DNA from: Faecousia sp.
GTDB lineage: Bacteria; Bacillota; Clostridia; Oscillospirales; Oscillospiraceae
NCBI GenBank assembly: GCA_045601475.1
Contig: JAZRZT010000073.1
Location: forward strand, 1-57,849
Reading direction: 5' to 3'
DNA length: 57,849 nt
In this document: piece by piece, positions 10,086 through 18,110 of the stretch
Layout: each line of letters opens with the position of its first letter
How positions within the stretch are numbered: position 1 is the stretch's first letter
Translations under genes and position numbers: made by a program
The notes under the pieces: model-generated
The model's database searches: none
Told to the model about the DNA's origin: nothing
Seen by the model: only the letters and a program-made list of their open reading frames with translations

Positions 10086-11083
10086 TTGACTACCTCACGA
10101 ACTTTTTGTACATCGCGGCTTAAATTGGCAAATTGCTGGGGGGTAAGGGATTGTGCGCCGTCACAGAGGGCGCAGGTGGGATTGTTATGCACTTCGATCA
10201 TGAGACCATCTGCGCCGCATGCGGCGGCTGCCAGGGCCATAGAGGGCACCAGGGAAGCTTTTCCGGTGGCGTGGCTGGGGTCTACAACCACGGGCAGATG
10301 GGTAAGCTCGTGAAGCACAGGTACGGCAGAAAGATCCAGGGTGTTTCTGGTATAGTGCTCGTAGGTTCGAATGCCACGTTCGCACAGAATAATATTTTCA
10401 TTTCCCTCACTCATGATATATTCTGCGCTCATGAGAAGTTCCTGCAGTGTGTTGGCAAGACCGCGCTTGAGAAGGATGGGTTTATTTGTTTTACCCAGTT
10501 CCTGCAGCATGTCGAAGTTCTGCATGTTTCGGGCGCCAACCTGTATGATATCCACATTCTCAAAGTTTTCCAGAGTGCGGATGTTCATGATCTCGGTGAT
10601 AATCGGCATACCGGTGGCTGCCTTGGCTTTCTCTAAAAGCCGCAGACCTTCTTCTTTGAGTCCCTGGAAGGCGTAGGGGGAGGTGCGGGGCTTATAGGCA
10701 CCGCCGCGGAGAATATTTGCTCCGGCATCCTTAACGGACTTTGCCACCTCTACGATCTGCTCCTCAGATTCCACAGAGCAGGGGCCTGCGATCATGGCGA
10801 AATTTCCGCCGCCGATCTTTACCCCGGACACATCGATCACACTGTCGTTGGGATGAAATTTGCGGTTCGCCTGCTTAAAAGGCTCTGAGACACGTTTCAC
10901 GCTGTCCACGATCTCCAAGGAACTTAAAAGCTCCATGTCCACGCGGCTAGTATCACCCACAAGGCCTAGAACGGTGACCTCCTGACCCATGGATACATGG
11001 ACATCCAAATTCATATTTTTCAGCCAACGAATCAGGTGGTCGGTCTGCTCCGTGGTAGTACCTCTTTTCAGCACTGCGATCAT
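10082..11083 (-). CDS. aroF: DAHP synthase type I-beta with N-terminal regulatory domain
   Basis: IAGPCSVE, KPRTSPY, GARNMQN, CERGIR, DPSHATG; SD AGGAGG supports the ATG at 11083. Confidence 0.96.
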   Translation of the reverse strand: MIAVLKRGTTTEQTDHLIRWLKNMNLDVHVSMGQEVTVLGLVGDTSRVDMELLSSLEIVDSVKRVSEPFKQANRKFHPNDSVIDVSGVKIGGGNFAMIAGPCSVESEEQIVEVAKSVKDAGANILRGGAYKPRTSPYAFQGLKEEGLRLLEKAKAATGMPIITEIMNIRTLENFENVDIIQVGARNMQNFDMLQELGKTNKPILLKRGLANTLQELLMSAEYIMSEGNENIILCERGIRTYEHYTRNTLDLSAVPVLHELTHLPVVVDPSHATGKASLVPSMALAAAACGADGLMIEVHNNPTCALCDGAQSLTPQQFANLSRDVQKVREVVK

Positions 11084-11098
11084 AAGGCTATTCCTCCT

Positions 11099-11136
11099 AA
11101 AAAAATAACACCGCACAGAAACAATCCTGTGCGGCG
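11099..11136 (-). terminator. Attenuator terminator in the aro operon leader
   Basis: Minus strand CGCCGCACAGGA-ttgt-TTCTGTGCGGTG followed by TTATTTTTTT, directly before the aroF SD. Confidence 0.85.
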
Positions 11137-11177
11137 GAAATCCTATAAAAGTATTCTATCTGCAGCACAAATCGCTA

Positions 11178-11237
11178 TTACTTTTTGCAAGCGTAAAAGT
11201 AATAGTAGTTAAACTTGGCTGCAAAGTTGAACATCAT
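11178..11237 (-). CDS. Phe/Tyr-rich leader peptide MMFNFAAKFNYYYFYACKK
   Basis: GGAGG SD (11242-11246), ATG at 11237, 4 Phe + 4 Tyr codons among 19; lies between the promoter and the terminator of the Phe/Tyr biosynthesis operon. Confidence 0.88.
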   Translation of the reverse strand: MMFNFAAKFNYYYFYACKK

Positions 11238-11265
11238 ACTGCCTCCATGTGGAGAATGTATGATT

Positions 11266-11294
11266 ATTTTAACACTTTTGGACATCTAATGCAA
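11266..11294 (-). promoter_or_regulatory. SigA-type promoter of the aro operon
   Basis: TTGCAT-17 nt-TAAAAT on the minus strand. Confidence 0.75.
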
Positions 11295-11314
11295 GAGTAA
11301 ATTTCATATTTTGT

Positions 11315-11347
11315 AAAAATAAAGGGACAGCACAGCTGTCCCTTTAT
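11315..11347 (-). terminator. Intrinsic terminator after the kinase-like gene
   Basis: ATAAAGGGACAGC/GCTGTCCCTTTAT 13-bp stem plus U-tract on the minus strand. Confidence 0.85.
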
Positions 11348-11352
11348 GCGGA

Positions 11353-14352
11353 TTAATTTACAGTAAAGTCCTGCGTAGCAGCCAGACCGTTGTTAAAATA
11401 CACACTTAAGTTGTATTTTCCTGCGGCGCCGGGCAGATTGGAGATGTTGAACTCGCTGTAACGGTTGCTCCAAATGGATTTCCATTTTTCCGTATTGGCA
11501 GAGCAACTTACAATATTGCCGGCCTCATCCCGAATCACAATAGTAGTCGTGACTTTATCGCTGGAATTCTTTTGTTTCTTGTCAAGATGAAGGACAAAAG
11601 ATGCCTTGTCCTTTGTAGAGAAGGTAGTGGTGTAATCCGAAGAGGACAGGTCGTAGTGATCCCAGTTCTTCTTGGAGGGGGTGTGGCACATCTTGATCTC
11701 AACGTTAGCCTTTGTGATGTTGTAATTGTCAAAATCCTGAGCATCTGCAGCGGTATAAACCAAGGTGCCGCCAATTACAGCATCTCCGTCCGCGGTCTGC
11801 AAGACAAACCTGTGTTTTGCACCGGGGATGATCCAGGGAACGTCTACGCTTGTTTCGTCAGTGGTGGCGATCTTTTGCTCATAGACACCGTCTGCCACGC
11901 AGAGAACAACCCACTTCTGTTTCTTGTTGCTGTGATTCCAGACCAGCTTGTACTGCACCTCGGATCCCTTTTCAGCTTCAACAAGTTTGAGGTCTGTTAC
12001 ACTCAGGGCGTCTTTGTTAATGAAGATCCGCTGGCTGACACTCATGCCGTCGGCTGTGACTTCCAGATTGTAATCAGAGGTGGAGGCAATGTTATCAAAG
12101 GTTGCGGTAGGGGAGTTGGTAACGATCGTCTCATCCACGCCGTTGTCATTGTAGCAATGTACGGTCCAGCTGGCTACAGATGTGTTCTTGGGAGCGGACC
12201 AGGAGACGGTGAGCTTTCCGTCTGCAAAACTGTTGACAGCCAGATCCTCAGCAAAGATCAGCTTGCTGACAGTGTGGGTGATTTCCGTAATGCCGGCATA
12301 GAACAGATCCTCTGCAGGAGACAAAGTGAAGGTATACTGCTTGCCGACCGTCAGTCCGGTGATCTCCACCATGTTGCCGGTGAAGGTGGTGTCCTTGCTT
12401 TCTTCGTCGGTGGTAGCATAGGTGACCTTCCACTGGGCAGGCTCGGGGCCTTCCACGGTGAAACGGAGAACAACACTGCCCTCTGTTTGGCCTGTTACCG
12501 CGCTGAAATGGGCAATGTTTGTCTGAACAGGCGTGGTATAGGCACTGGTAATATCGCCGGTTACGCGATGGAAACTGTTGCTTGCCTCCAACTTGACTGT
12601 ATATGCGGCGTCGGGGGCCAAATCCTTAAATACAGCCTTGCCGTCAACAACAGGGGCCTTGCGCTGGTTGCCGTATGTATCGGAGCATACAACAATCAGC
12701 AATTCCTCGTTGATCTTGGATTCCACGATGACGGTCAGTTCGGTCTCATTGCCTTCTAGGGTAATGGAGTCCACGGGGAGGAGGTAGTAGAACTTATAGA
12801 ACAGGAAGCCTCCGGCGATCAGTGCCAGACCCATAAGAACCAGAAGTGTATTCCGAAGCCAGTGGCGTTTCGGTTTGGCTGGGACATCCTCCTCTTCGGG
12901 TGCATCCTCTGTTTCGGGTTCCTCTTCGTCGGTGGTTTCTTCAGAGACTTCATCGTTGGGTTCTTCATCCGCTTCCTCTTTGGAATCGGCTTCGTCAGAA
13001 TTTTGTTCCGCTACAGGATCGGCTACATTTTCTTCCGGCACATCCTCGGCAGGTGTATCAACGGGAGGTACCGGAACATCAATGGGCTCGGGGGGGATGA
13101 CAGGGTCGGGAGTGGGATGGGATACCAGCTCGTCTACCTGGTTGAGAATATCGGAAATTTCAACAGAGACCTGGTCCAGATCCATGTCCTGCATGTCCAT
13201 GCCGGGCACAGTCTCGTCGTCTTCCGTAAGGAAGGAAAGGTTACCAAAGCTATCTTCAGCATAATCGGAAGCAACCTCTTCGTTTTGTGCTTCAGGTGCA
13301 GGCTCTTCGTCGGGGATTGCCTGTACATTATCCTCAGAAAGCACATTATCCACAGATGTGATCACCTCATCTGCGACACTGTCTTCGTCAGCAATGGATG
13401 CAGGCTCTTCGCTTTCTGTCAAAGGTGCATCAACGGCAGGTTCGTCGGACACAACAACCTGAGAAACGATGGGGGTATCATGGGCACCGTTTCTCTGCAT
13501 ATAGCTGACCAAGGCCTGGCCCATTTCTACAGGGTCCTGCCAACGGTCCTGGGGATCTACAGCGCATGCCTTGAGGATGATCTCAGCCATTTCGTAGTCA
13601 GCGTAATCCGGGGCGCGTAAAGGCTCACCTTCACGAATCTCCGGGAGATGTCCGCCGTTAAACACCTGGTACAGGACCAAACCGGCAGCATAAACATCCA
13701 GTGTCGTGTTCAGGGAAGAGAAAGCATCGGAGATCTCCGGGGCAGTATATGCACTGCGGTAGCGATCAGGAAGGGAAGTATACTTCAGGGAATCCAGCTT
13801 CACAAAACCCAGATCACCGATACGGTAACCGTTGTCGCCAACACAATAGATGTTTTCCGGCTTTAGATTCACAAATAAATAACCACTGCGACGGCAGACA
13901 GAAAGGGCAGAGCAGATGTCAAGACCCAAATTCAGAGCAGCCAGGTGTGTCAGAGGCGCCTTTTGCAGCTGACGGGCAAGGGAACGTTTATAGCTGCTCA
14001 AAAGATAGACATCGTAGCCGTTATGATCATCCATGGGGACGATCTGTGTACTCTCAAAAGGAACGAAGCCTTCCAAATTTGAAAGTTTTTCCAAAATACC
14101 CGCTTCTTCGGCAATGTCATTGGCCATTTCCTGGAAGTAAGAAAGTGCAGCCTCTCTGTCGGCATATGCGCCGGAAAGTAGCAGTGCCTCCAGCTTTGCG
14201 GGGCTGGAGGGAGAGGAAATGATCTTCACGATGTACTTGTCCTGGGTAATTTCGTTCATAGCAGGACAGCTGCGTACGCCGTTGCGGTCACTGATGGGAT
14301 CTCCGATCATAAAATTATCTAACATTGGCGAAATCAGTTTGGATTCTGACAT
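11353..14352 (-). CDS. Membrane Hanks-type Ser/Thr kinase-like protein (probable pseudokinase) with acidic linker, one TM helix and FN3/Ig-like ectodomain
   Basis: YIVK, FVNLKPENI, DLG, YTAPE, DVYAAG subdomain motifs; long D/E/P-rich linker; TM LLVLMGLALIAGGFLFY; beta-rich repeats (LTVSWSAP, Y.FTL). Confidence 0.8.
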   Translation of the reverse strand: MSESKLISPMLDNFMIGDPISDRNGVRSCPAMNEITQDKYIVKIISSPSSPAKLEALLLSGAYADREAALSYFQEMANDIAEEAGILEKLSNLEGFVPFESTQIVPMDDHNGYDVYLLSSYKRSLARQLQKAPLTHLAALNLGLDICSALSVCRRSGYLFVNLKPENIYCVGDNGYRIGDLGFVKLDSLKYTSLPDRYRSAYTAPEISDAFSSLNTTLDVYAAGLVLYQVFNGGHLPEIREGEPLRAPDYADYEMAEIILKACAVDPQDRWQDPVEMGQALVSYMQRNGAHDTPIVSQVVVSDEPAVDAPLTESEEPASIADEDSVADEVITSVDNVLSEDNVQAIPDEEPAPEAQNEEVASDYAEDSFGNLSFLTEDDETVPGMDMQDMDLDQVSVEISDILNQVDELVSHPTPDPVIPPEPIDVPVPPVDTPAEDVPEENVADPVAEQNSDEADSKEEADEEPNDEVSEETTDEEEPETEDAPEEEDVPAKPKRHWLRNTLLVLMGLALIAGGFLFYKFYYLLPVDSITLEGNETELTVIVESKINEELLIVVCSDTYGNQRKAPVVDGKAVFKDLAPDAAYTVKLEASNSFHRVTGDITSAYTTPVQTNIAHFSAVTGQTEGSVVLRFTVEGPEPAQWKVTYATTDEESKDTTFTGNMVEITGLTVGKQYTFTLSPAEDLFYAGITEITHTVSKLIFAEDLAVNSFADGKLTVSWSAPKNTSVASWTVHCYNDNGVDETIVTNSPTATFDNIASTSDYNLEVTADGMSVSQRIFINKDALSVTDLKLVEAEKGSEVQYKLVWNHSNKKQKWVVLCVADGVYEQKIATTDETSVDVPWIIPGAKHRFVLQTADGDAVIGGTLVYTAADAQDFDNYNITKANVEIKMCHTPSKKNWDHYDLSSSDYTTTFSTKDKASFVLHLDKKQKNSSDKVTTTIVIRDEAGNIVSCSANTEKWKSIWSNRYSEFNISNLPGAAGKYNLSVYFNNGLAATQDFTVN

Positions 14353-14500
14353 AAAAATCGCCTCCTTTTTTATTCTCTGTATATGATAAAATAAATTTGT
14401 GAAAAAAGCAACATCTTTATGGTTGTTTTATTCAACAAGAAATGATATAATCAATTCAAATGAACGGAGTGTCTTCTTTGCTCCGGCTTGGAGGTTTATC

Positions 14501-15550
14501 ATGAGCAAAGTAATTTGTGATGTATGCGGTACATCTTACCCTGAAACGGTTTCTCAGTGCCCTATCTGCGGTTGTGTACGTTCTGCGGACACAAAAGTGA
14601 TCGCGGGTGTTGATGAGGAAACCATCAAAGATAACGGAACGTATACATATGTAAAAGGCGGACGTTTCTCTAAGTCCAATGTGAATAAGCGAAATAAGGC
14701 CCGCCACACTGCGCCGGAGGCACCGGTGAGTGAGACCCGACAGGAGAAGCGTGAGCGTATGACACAGAAGAGAAATGCGCAAAGCAACAAGGGTCTGGTA
14801 GTTGCTGTGTTGGCACTGCTTCTGGCGATCGTTGCAGTGGTGATCTATATTGTTCTGCGCTTCTTTGCTCCTTTTTCCGGTACTGAGTCCGCGCTTAACA
14901 ACGGCGGCATCGTGAATGAGGAAGTCCCCGGTGATACCGGAGATGTTGTTGTGGATGTTCCCTGTACGTCCATTACTCTTTCTGAGACTGAAATCAACTT
15001 TGGTTCTGCGGATATTTCCATTCTTCTGAATGTCACATGCACACCCGAGAATACCACAGATGAGGTCACTTTTGCTTCTGATGATCCTGCTGTTGCCACT
15101 GTGGACGCTGAGGGTAAGATAACTGCTGTTGCAGAAGGTGAAACTGTTGTGCGGGTTACCTGCGGCAGCGCAACCGCAGAATGTAAAGTGATTTGTTCCT
15201 TCGCTCCCGCCGGTGAGCCCTCTGACGAGACTCCTGACGAGACTCCTGACGAGACTCCCGATGTGCCTTCCAGTGAACCTCCCGCTACCACAGAGTCTGA
15301 ATCCGGCGGCACGGAGCTTTCCTTTAATACCGCCTATCCCAATGAAATGTCTCTGATCAAGGGCACCACCTTCCGGCTGTGTCTGCAGGATAGCAGCAAA
15401 AAGGCTGTGGATGCGGAATTTACCTCCGGCAACACTTCTGTTTGTACGGTTGATGAGGATGGCACTGTGAAGGGTGTCGGTAAGGGAACGACTGTAATTC
15501 GGGCAGTTTATGAGGGAAACACTTATAAGTGCACCGTACATGTAAAGTAA
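14501..15550 (+). CDS. Zinc-ribbon, single-TM protein with two bacterial Ig-like (Big_2-type) domains
   Basis: CDVC..CPIC N-terminus, TM helix, SDDPAVATVD..G.ITAV..GET and SGNTSVCTVD..G.VKGV..GTT repeats; SD GGAGG before ATG 14501. Confidence 0.8.
   Translation: MSKVICDVCGTSYPETVSQCPICGCVRSADTKVIAGVDEETIKDNGTYTYVKGGRFSKSNVNKRNKARHTAPEAPVSETRQEKRERMTQKRNAQSNKGLVVAVLALLLAIVAVVIYIVLRFFAPFSGTESALNNGGIVNEEVPGDTGDVVVDVPCTSITLSETEINFGSADISILLNVTCTPENTTDEVTFASDDPAVATVDAEGKITAVAEGETVVRVTCGSATAECKVICSFAPAGEPSDETPDETPDETPDVPSSEPPATTESESGGTELSFNTAYPNEMSLIKGTTFRLCLQDSSKKAVDAEFTSGNTSVCTVDEDGTVKGVGKGTTVIRAVYEGNTYKCTVHVK
15222..15257 (+). repeat. Three perfect 12-bp tandem repeats (CTGACGAGACTC) encoding the DETP linker
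   Basis: Read directly from the sequence. Confidence 0.95.
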
Positions 15551-15563
15551 GAATATAATATCA

Positions 15564-15593
15564 GCGGCGGTATCTTAGGATACCGCCGCCTTT
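15564..15593. terminator. Intrinsic terminator between convergent genes
   Basis: GCGGCGGTATC-ttag-GATACCGCCGC stem. Confidence 0.75.
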
Positions 15594-15594
15594 G

Positions 15595-15801
15595 TTATTC
15601 AGCGTTAAAACGCTCTTTGCCTCTGCGAAACAGCATGGTGATGCACCAAAGACCGGCAATGCCCACAAGCGTGTAAATGACACGGCTGAGGAGTGCGTCC
15701 TGCCCGCCGAAGATCCACGCAACCAGGTCAAACTGGAAAAGACCTACGAGTCCCCAGTTCAAAGATCCGATAATGGAAAGGATCAAAGCGATTGTATCCA
15801 T
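15595..15801 (-). CDS. DUF378 (YuzA-like) small membrane protein
   Basis: IIGSLNWGLVGLFQFDLVAWIFG..SRVIYTLVG signature; SD GGAGG. Confidence 0.9.
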   Translation of the reverse strand: MDTIALILSIIGSLNWGLVGLFQFDLVAWIFGGQDALLSRVIYTLVGIAGLWCITMLFRRGKERFNAE

Positions 15802-15878
15802 AATGTTACCTCCATAATATTGTTGGATATTGATAGGGTTAACAGCGTAGAAAAAATTATGCATGCTCGTTTTAATAG

Positions 15879-15907
15879 TTGCAATATATCTGCAATTTCG
15901 ATATAAT
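15879..15907 (+). promoter_or_regulatory. SigA-type promoter for the DUF1015-ispE genes
   Basis: TTGCAA-17 nt-TATAAT. Confidence 0.7.
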
Positions 15908-15938
15908 ATTTAAAAAGTTTTAAAGGAAGGTTTGCGTT

Positions 15939-17150
15939 ATGTCCTGTTGTTTTCTTCCCGGAGATATTCTCTTGCCCAAGAGCTGTGAATTTGAGAAATG
16001 GGCGGTGATCGCCTGCGATCAGTTTACCTCTGACAGCGCCTATTGGGAGCGGGTAGAGGCGTTTGTTCGGGAAGCCCCCTCTACGTTGCATATGGTTTAT
16101 CCTGAGATCTATCTGGAAACGGATGCGCCTGCAAGAATTGACAGTATCCGAAGTTCTATGGAGAAAAATCTTGCCGACAGTGTGTTTGCAGAGTATCCCG
16201 GTTCCTTCGTATATGTTGAAAGAACACTTTTAAACGGCATGATCCGTCCCGGTATCGTTGGAATGGTGGATCTGGAGCAGTACCACTATGATCCCAGTGT
16301 TAAGCCGGCTGTTGGTGCGACAGAGCAAACGATCCTGGAGCGAGTCCCTCCAAGAATCGCAGTTCGCCGTGAGGCTGCGCTGGAATTTCCCCATGTGATC
16401 CTGTTTTGCAATGATTATGAAGATCGTATCGTACGCCCTATTGCGGAAAAGAAGGGTCAGCTTAAGAAGCTCTATGAGTTTGATCTTATGGAGGGCGGCG
16501 GTCATATTGCAGGCTGGCTGGTGAATGGCACGGATGCTGACGAACTTCGTAAGGCACTGACCAATTATCAGGAGCATGCAGAGGGTACTGCTTTCCTGGT
16601 TGCGGATGGAAATCACTCCCTTGTAACCGCCAAATGCTGGTATGAGGAATTGAAACAGAAGAATCCCGGTAAAGATTTGTCCGATCATCCTGCAAGATAC
16701 GCACTGGTGGAGTTGGAGAACATTTTAGATCCCTCTATTGATTTTGAGCCCATCCACCGTGTAATTTTTGATACAGATACGCAGAAGCTTCTGGCTGATC
16801 TGAAGGCCATTTCGGATTCTGAAGGCAGTGCCATTGAGTGTGTTGTGGGCAAGGAGCACCAGACACTTTACCTGACTGTTCCTAAGGGGGAACTGCCGGT
16901 TGCGGTACTTCAGCGTTTTTTGGATAAGTGGCTTTCGGAAAATCAGGGTAGAATCGACTACGTCCATGACAGAGATGCCGTAGAAAGCTTTGCCACAGCG
17001 GACAATACACTTGGTCTTTTGCTGCCGGTTTTTGACAAGAAGGAACTCTTTTCCTTTGGTGCGTCCGGTAAGATTCTGCCTAGAAAGACCTTTTCCCTGG
17101 GACACGGACGGGAAAAAAGATATTACTTGGAAGGTAGAAAAATTAGATGA
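15939..17150 (+). CDS. DUF1015 family protein
   Basis: WAVIACDQFTS, ATEQT..ERVPPR, DGNHSL, LPRKTFS. Confidence 0.85.
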   Translation: MSCCFLPGDILLPKSCEFEKWAVIACDQFTSDSAYWERVEAFVREAPSTLHMVYPEIYLETDAPARIDSIRSSMEKNLADSVFAEYPGSFVYVERTLLNGMIRPGIVGMVDLEQYHYDPSVKPAVGATEQTILERVPPRIAVRREAALEFPHVILFCNDYEDRIVRPIAEKKGQLKKLYEFDLMEGGGHIAGWLVNGTDADELRKALTNYQEHAEGTAFLVADGNHSLVTAKCWYEELKQKNPGKDLSDHPARYALVELENILDPSIDFEPIHRVIFDTDTQKLLADLKAISDSEGSAIECVVGKEHQTLYLTVPKGELPVAVLQRFLDKWLSENQGRIDYVHDRDAVESFATADNTLGLLLPVFDKKELFSFGASGKILPRKTFSLGHGREKRYYLEGRKIR

Positions 17151-18004
17151 TCACACTTTACGAAGGCGCATTTGCCAAATTGAATTTAACTCTGGATGTC
17201 CTGGGGAAGCGTGAGGATGGTTATCACGATCTGCGCAGTGTCATGCAGACGATCTCTATTCGTGACGATGTGGAGATCGATCTGGACACCGGCAGGCCCT
17301 GGGAACTGTCCTGTACCAATGAGAACATTCCTTGCGATGAGAGAAACCTTGCCTGGAAAGCTGCAAAGGCGTTTTTCGATGCCACCGGCAAGGATCCCAA
17401 TGGCCTTGCTATCCGCATCACCAAGCGGATTCCGATGGAGGCGGGTATGGGCGGCGGCAGTGCGGATGCGGCAGCGGTTCTTCGCGCTCTGAATAAGCAC
17501 TACGACCATCCGTTCTCCATCATGGCCCTGGCGGAATTGGGCGCACAGGTGGGCAGCGATGTGCCTTTCTGCGTCCTTTGCGGCACAGCAATGGTAGAGG
17601 GTAGGGGCGAGCGTTTGCGGAAATTGCCGGATATGCCCGACTGTGTGTTCGTGGTATGTAAGCCGGATTTCTCTGCGTCAACACCCGAATTGTACCGCAA
17701 GCTGGACGAGAGCACAATTGCGAAGCGTCCTGATAATCAGGCTATGGAGAGCGCCTTGATCGCCGGTGATTTGGGTAAGGTTGCGGAGAACCTCTGTAAT
17801 GTTTTTGACCCCATTGTGACGGCTGAACACCTGGAGCTGAACTACATTAAATCCATATTCAACAGCTATGGCTCTGTGGGCCAGCAGATGACCGGTTCCG
17901 GTTCTGCTGTGTTTGCTATTTTGCCCAATTTCGAATATGCTGCAGTGGTTTGCAATATGCTCAAGGATAATTATCCGAATGTTTATATTGCAAAGCCCGT
18001 GTGA
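17147..18004 (+). CDS. ispE: 4-diphosphocytidyl-2-C-methyl-D-erythritol kinase
   Basis: AKLNLTLDV...R.DGYH, KRIPMEAGMGGGSADAAA, GSDVPF, MTGSGS. Confidence 0.96.
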   Translation: MITLYEGAFAKLNLTLDVLGKREDGYHDLRSVMQTISIRDDVEIDLDTGRPWELSCTNENIPCDERNLAWKAAKAFFDATGKDPNGLAIRITKRIPMEAGMGGGSADAAAVLRALNKHYDHPFSIMALAELGAQVGSDVPFCVLCGTAMVEGRGERLRKLPDMPDCVFVVCKPDFSASTPELYRKLDESTIAKRPDNQAMESALIAGDLGKVAENLCNVFDPIVTAEHLELNYIKSIFNSYGSVGQQMTGSGSAVFAILPNFEYAAVVCNMLKDNYPNVYIAKPV

Positions 18005-18010
18005 TGCTTA

Positions 18011-18049
18011 ATACCGCCCATACTGACGCTTCAGCATGGGCGGTGTTTC
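18011..18049 (+). terminator. Probable intrinsic terminator after ispE
   Basis: ATACCGCCCATACTGA/TCAGCATGGGCGGTGT near-perfect stem with short U-run. Confidence 0.65.
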
Positions 18050-18110
18050 AAATTTGTACGAAATATGGCACATTAACTTTGATAGTATCCTTGTAAAAGG
18101 AGGCGTTATT

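Noticed and set aside
11572-13620. Long plus-strand ORFs (395 and 252 aa) opposite the kinase-like gene
   Set aside because: Antisense shadows of a codon-biased gene; no recognisable motifs
14456-15541. 361-aa minus-strand ORF opposite the zinc-ribbon/Ig gene
   Set aside because: Antisense shadow; the plus-strand product has the coherent domain structure
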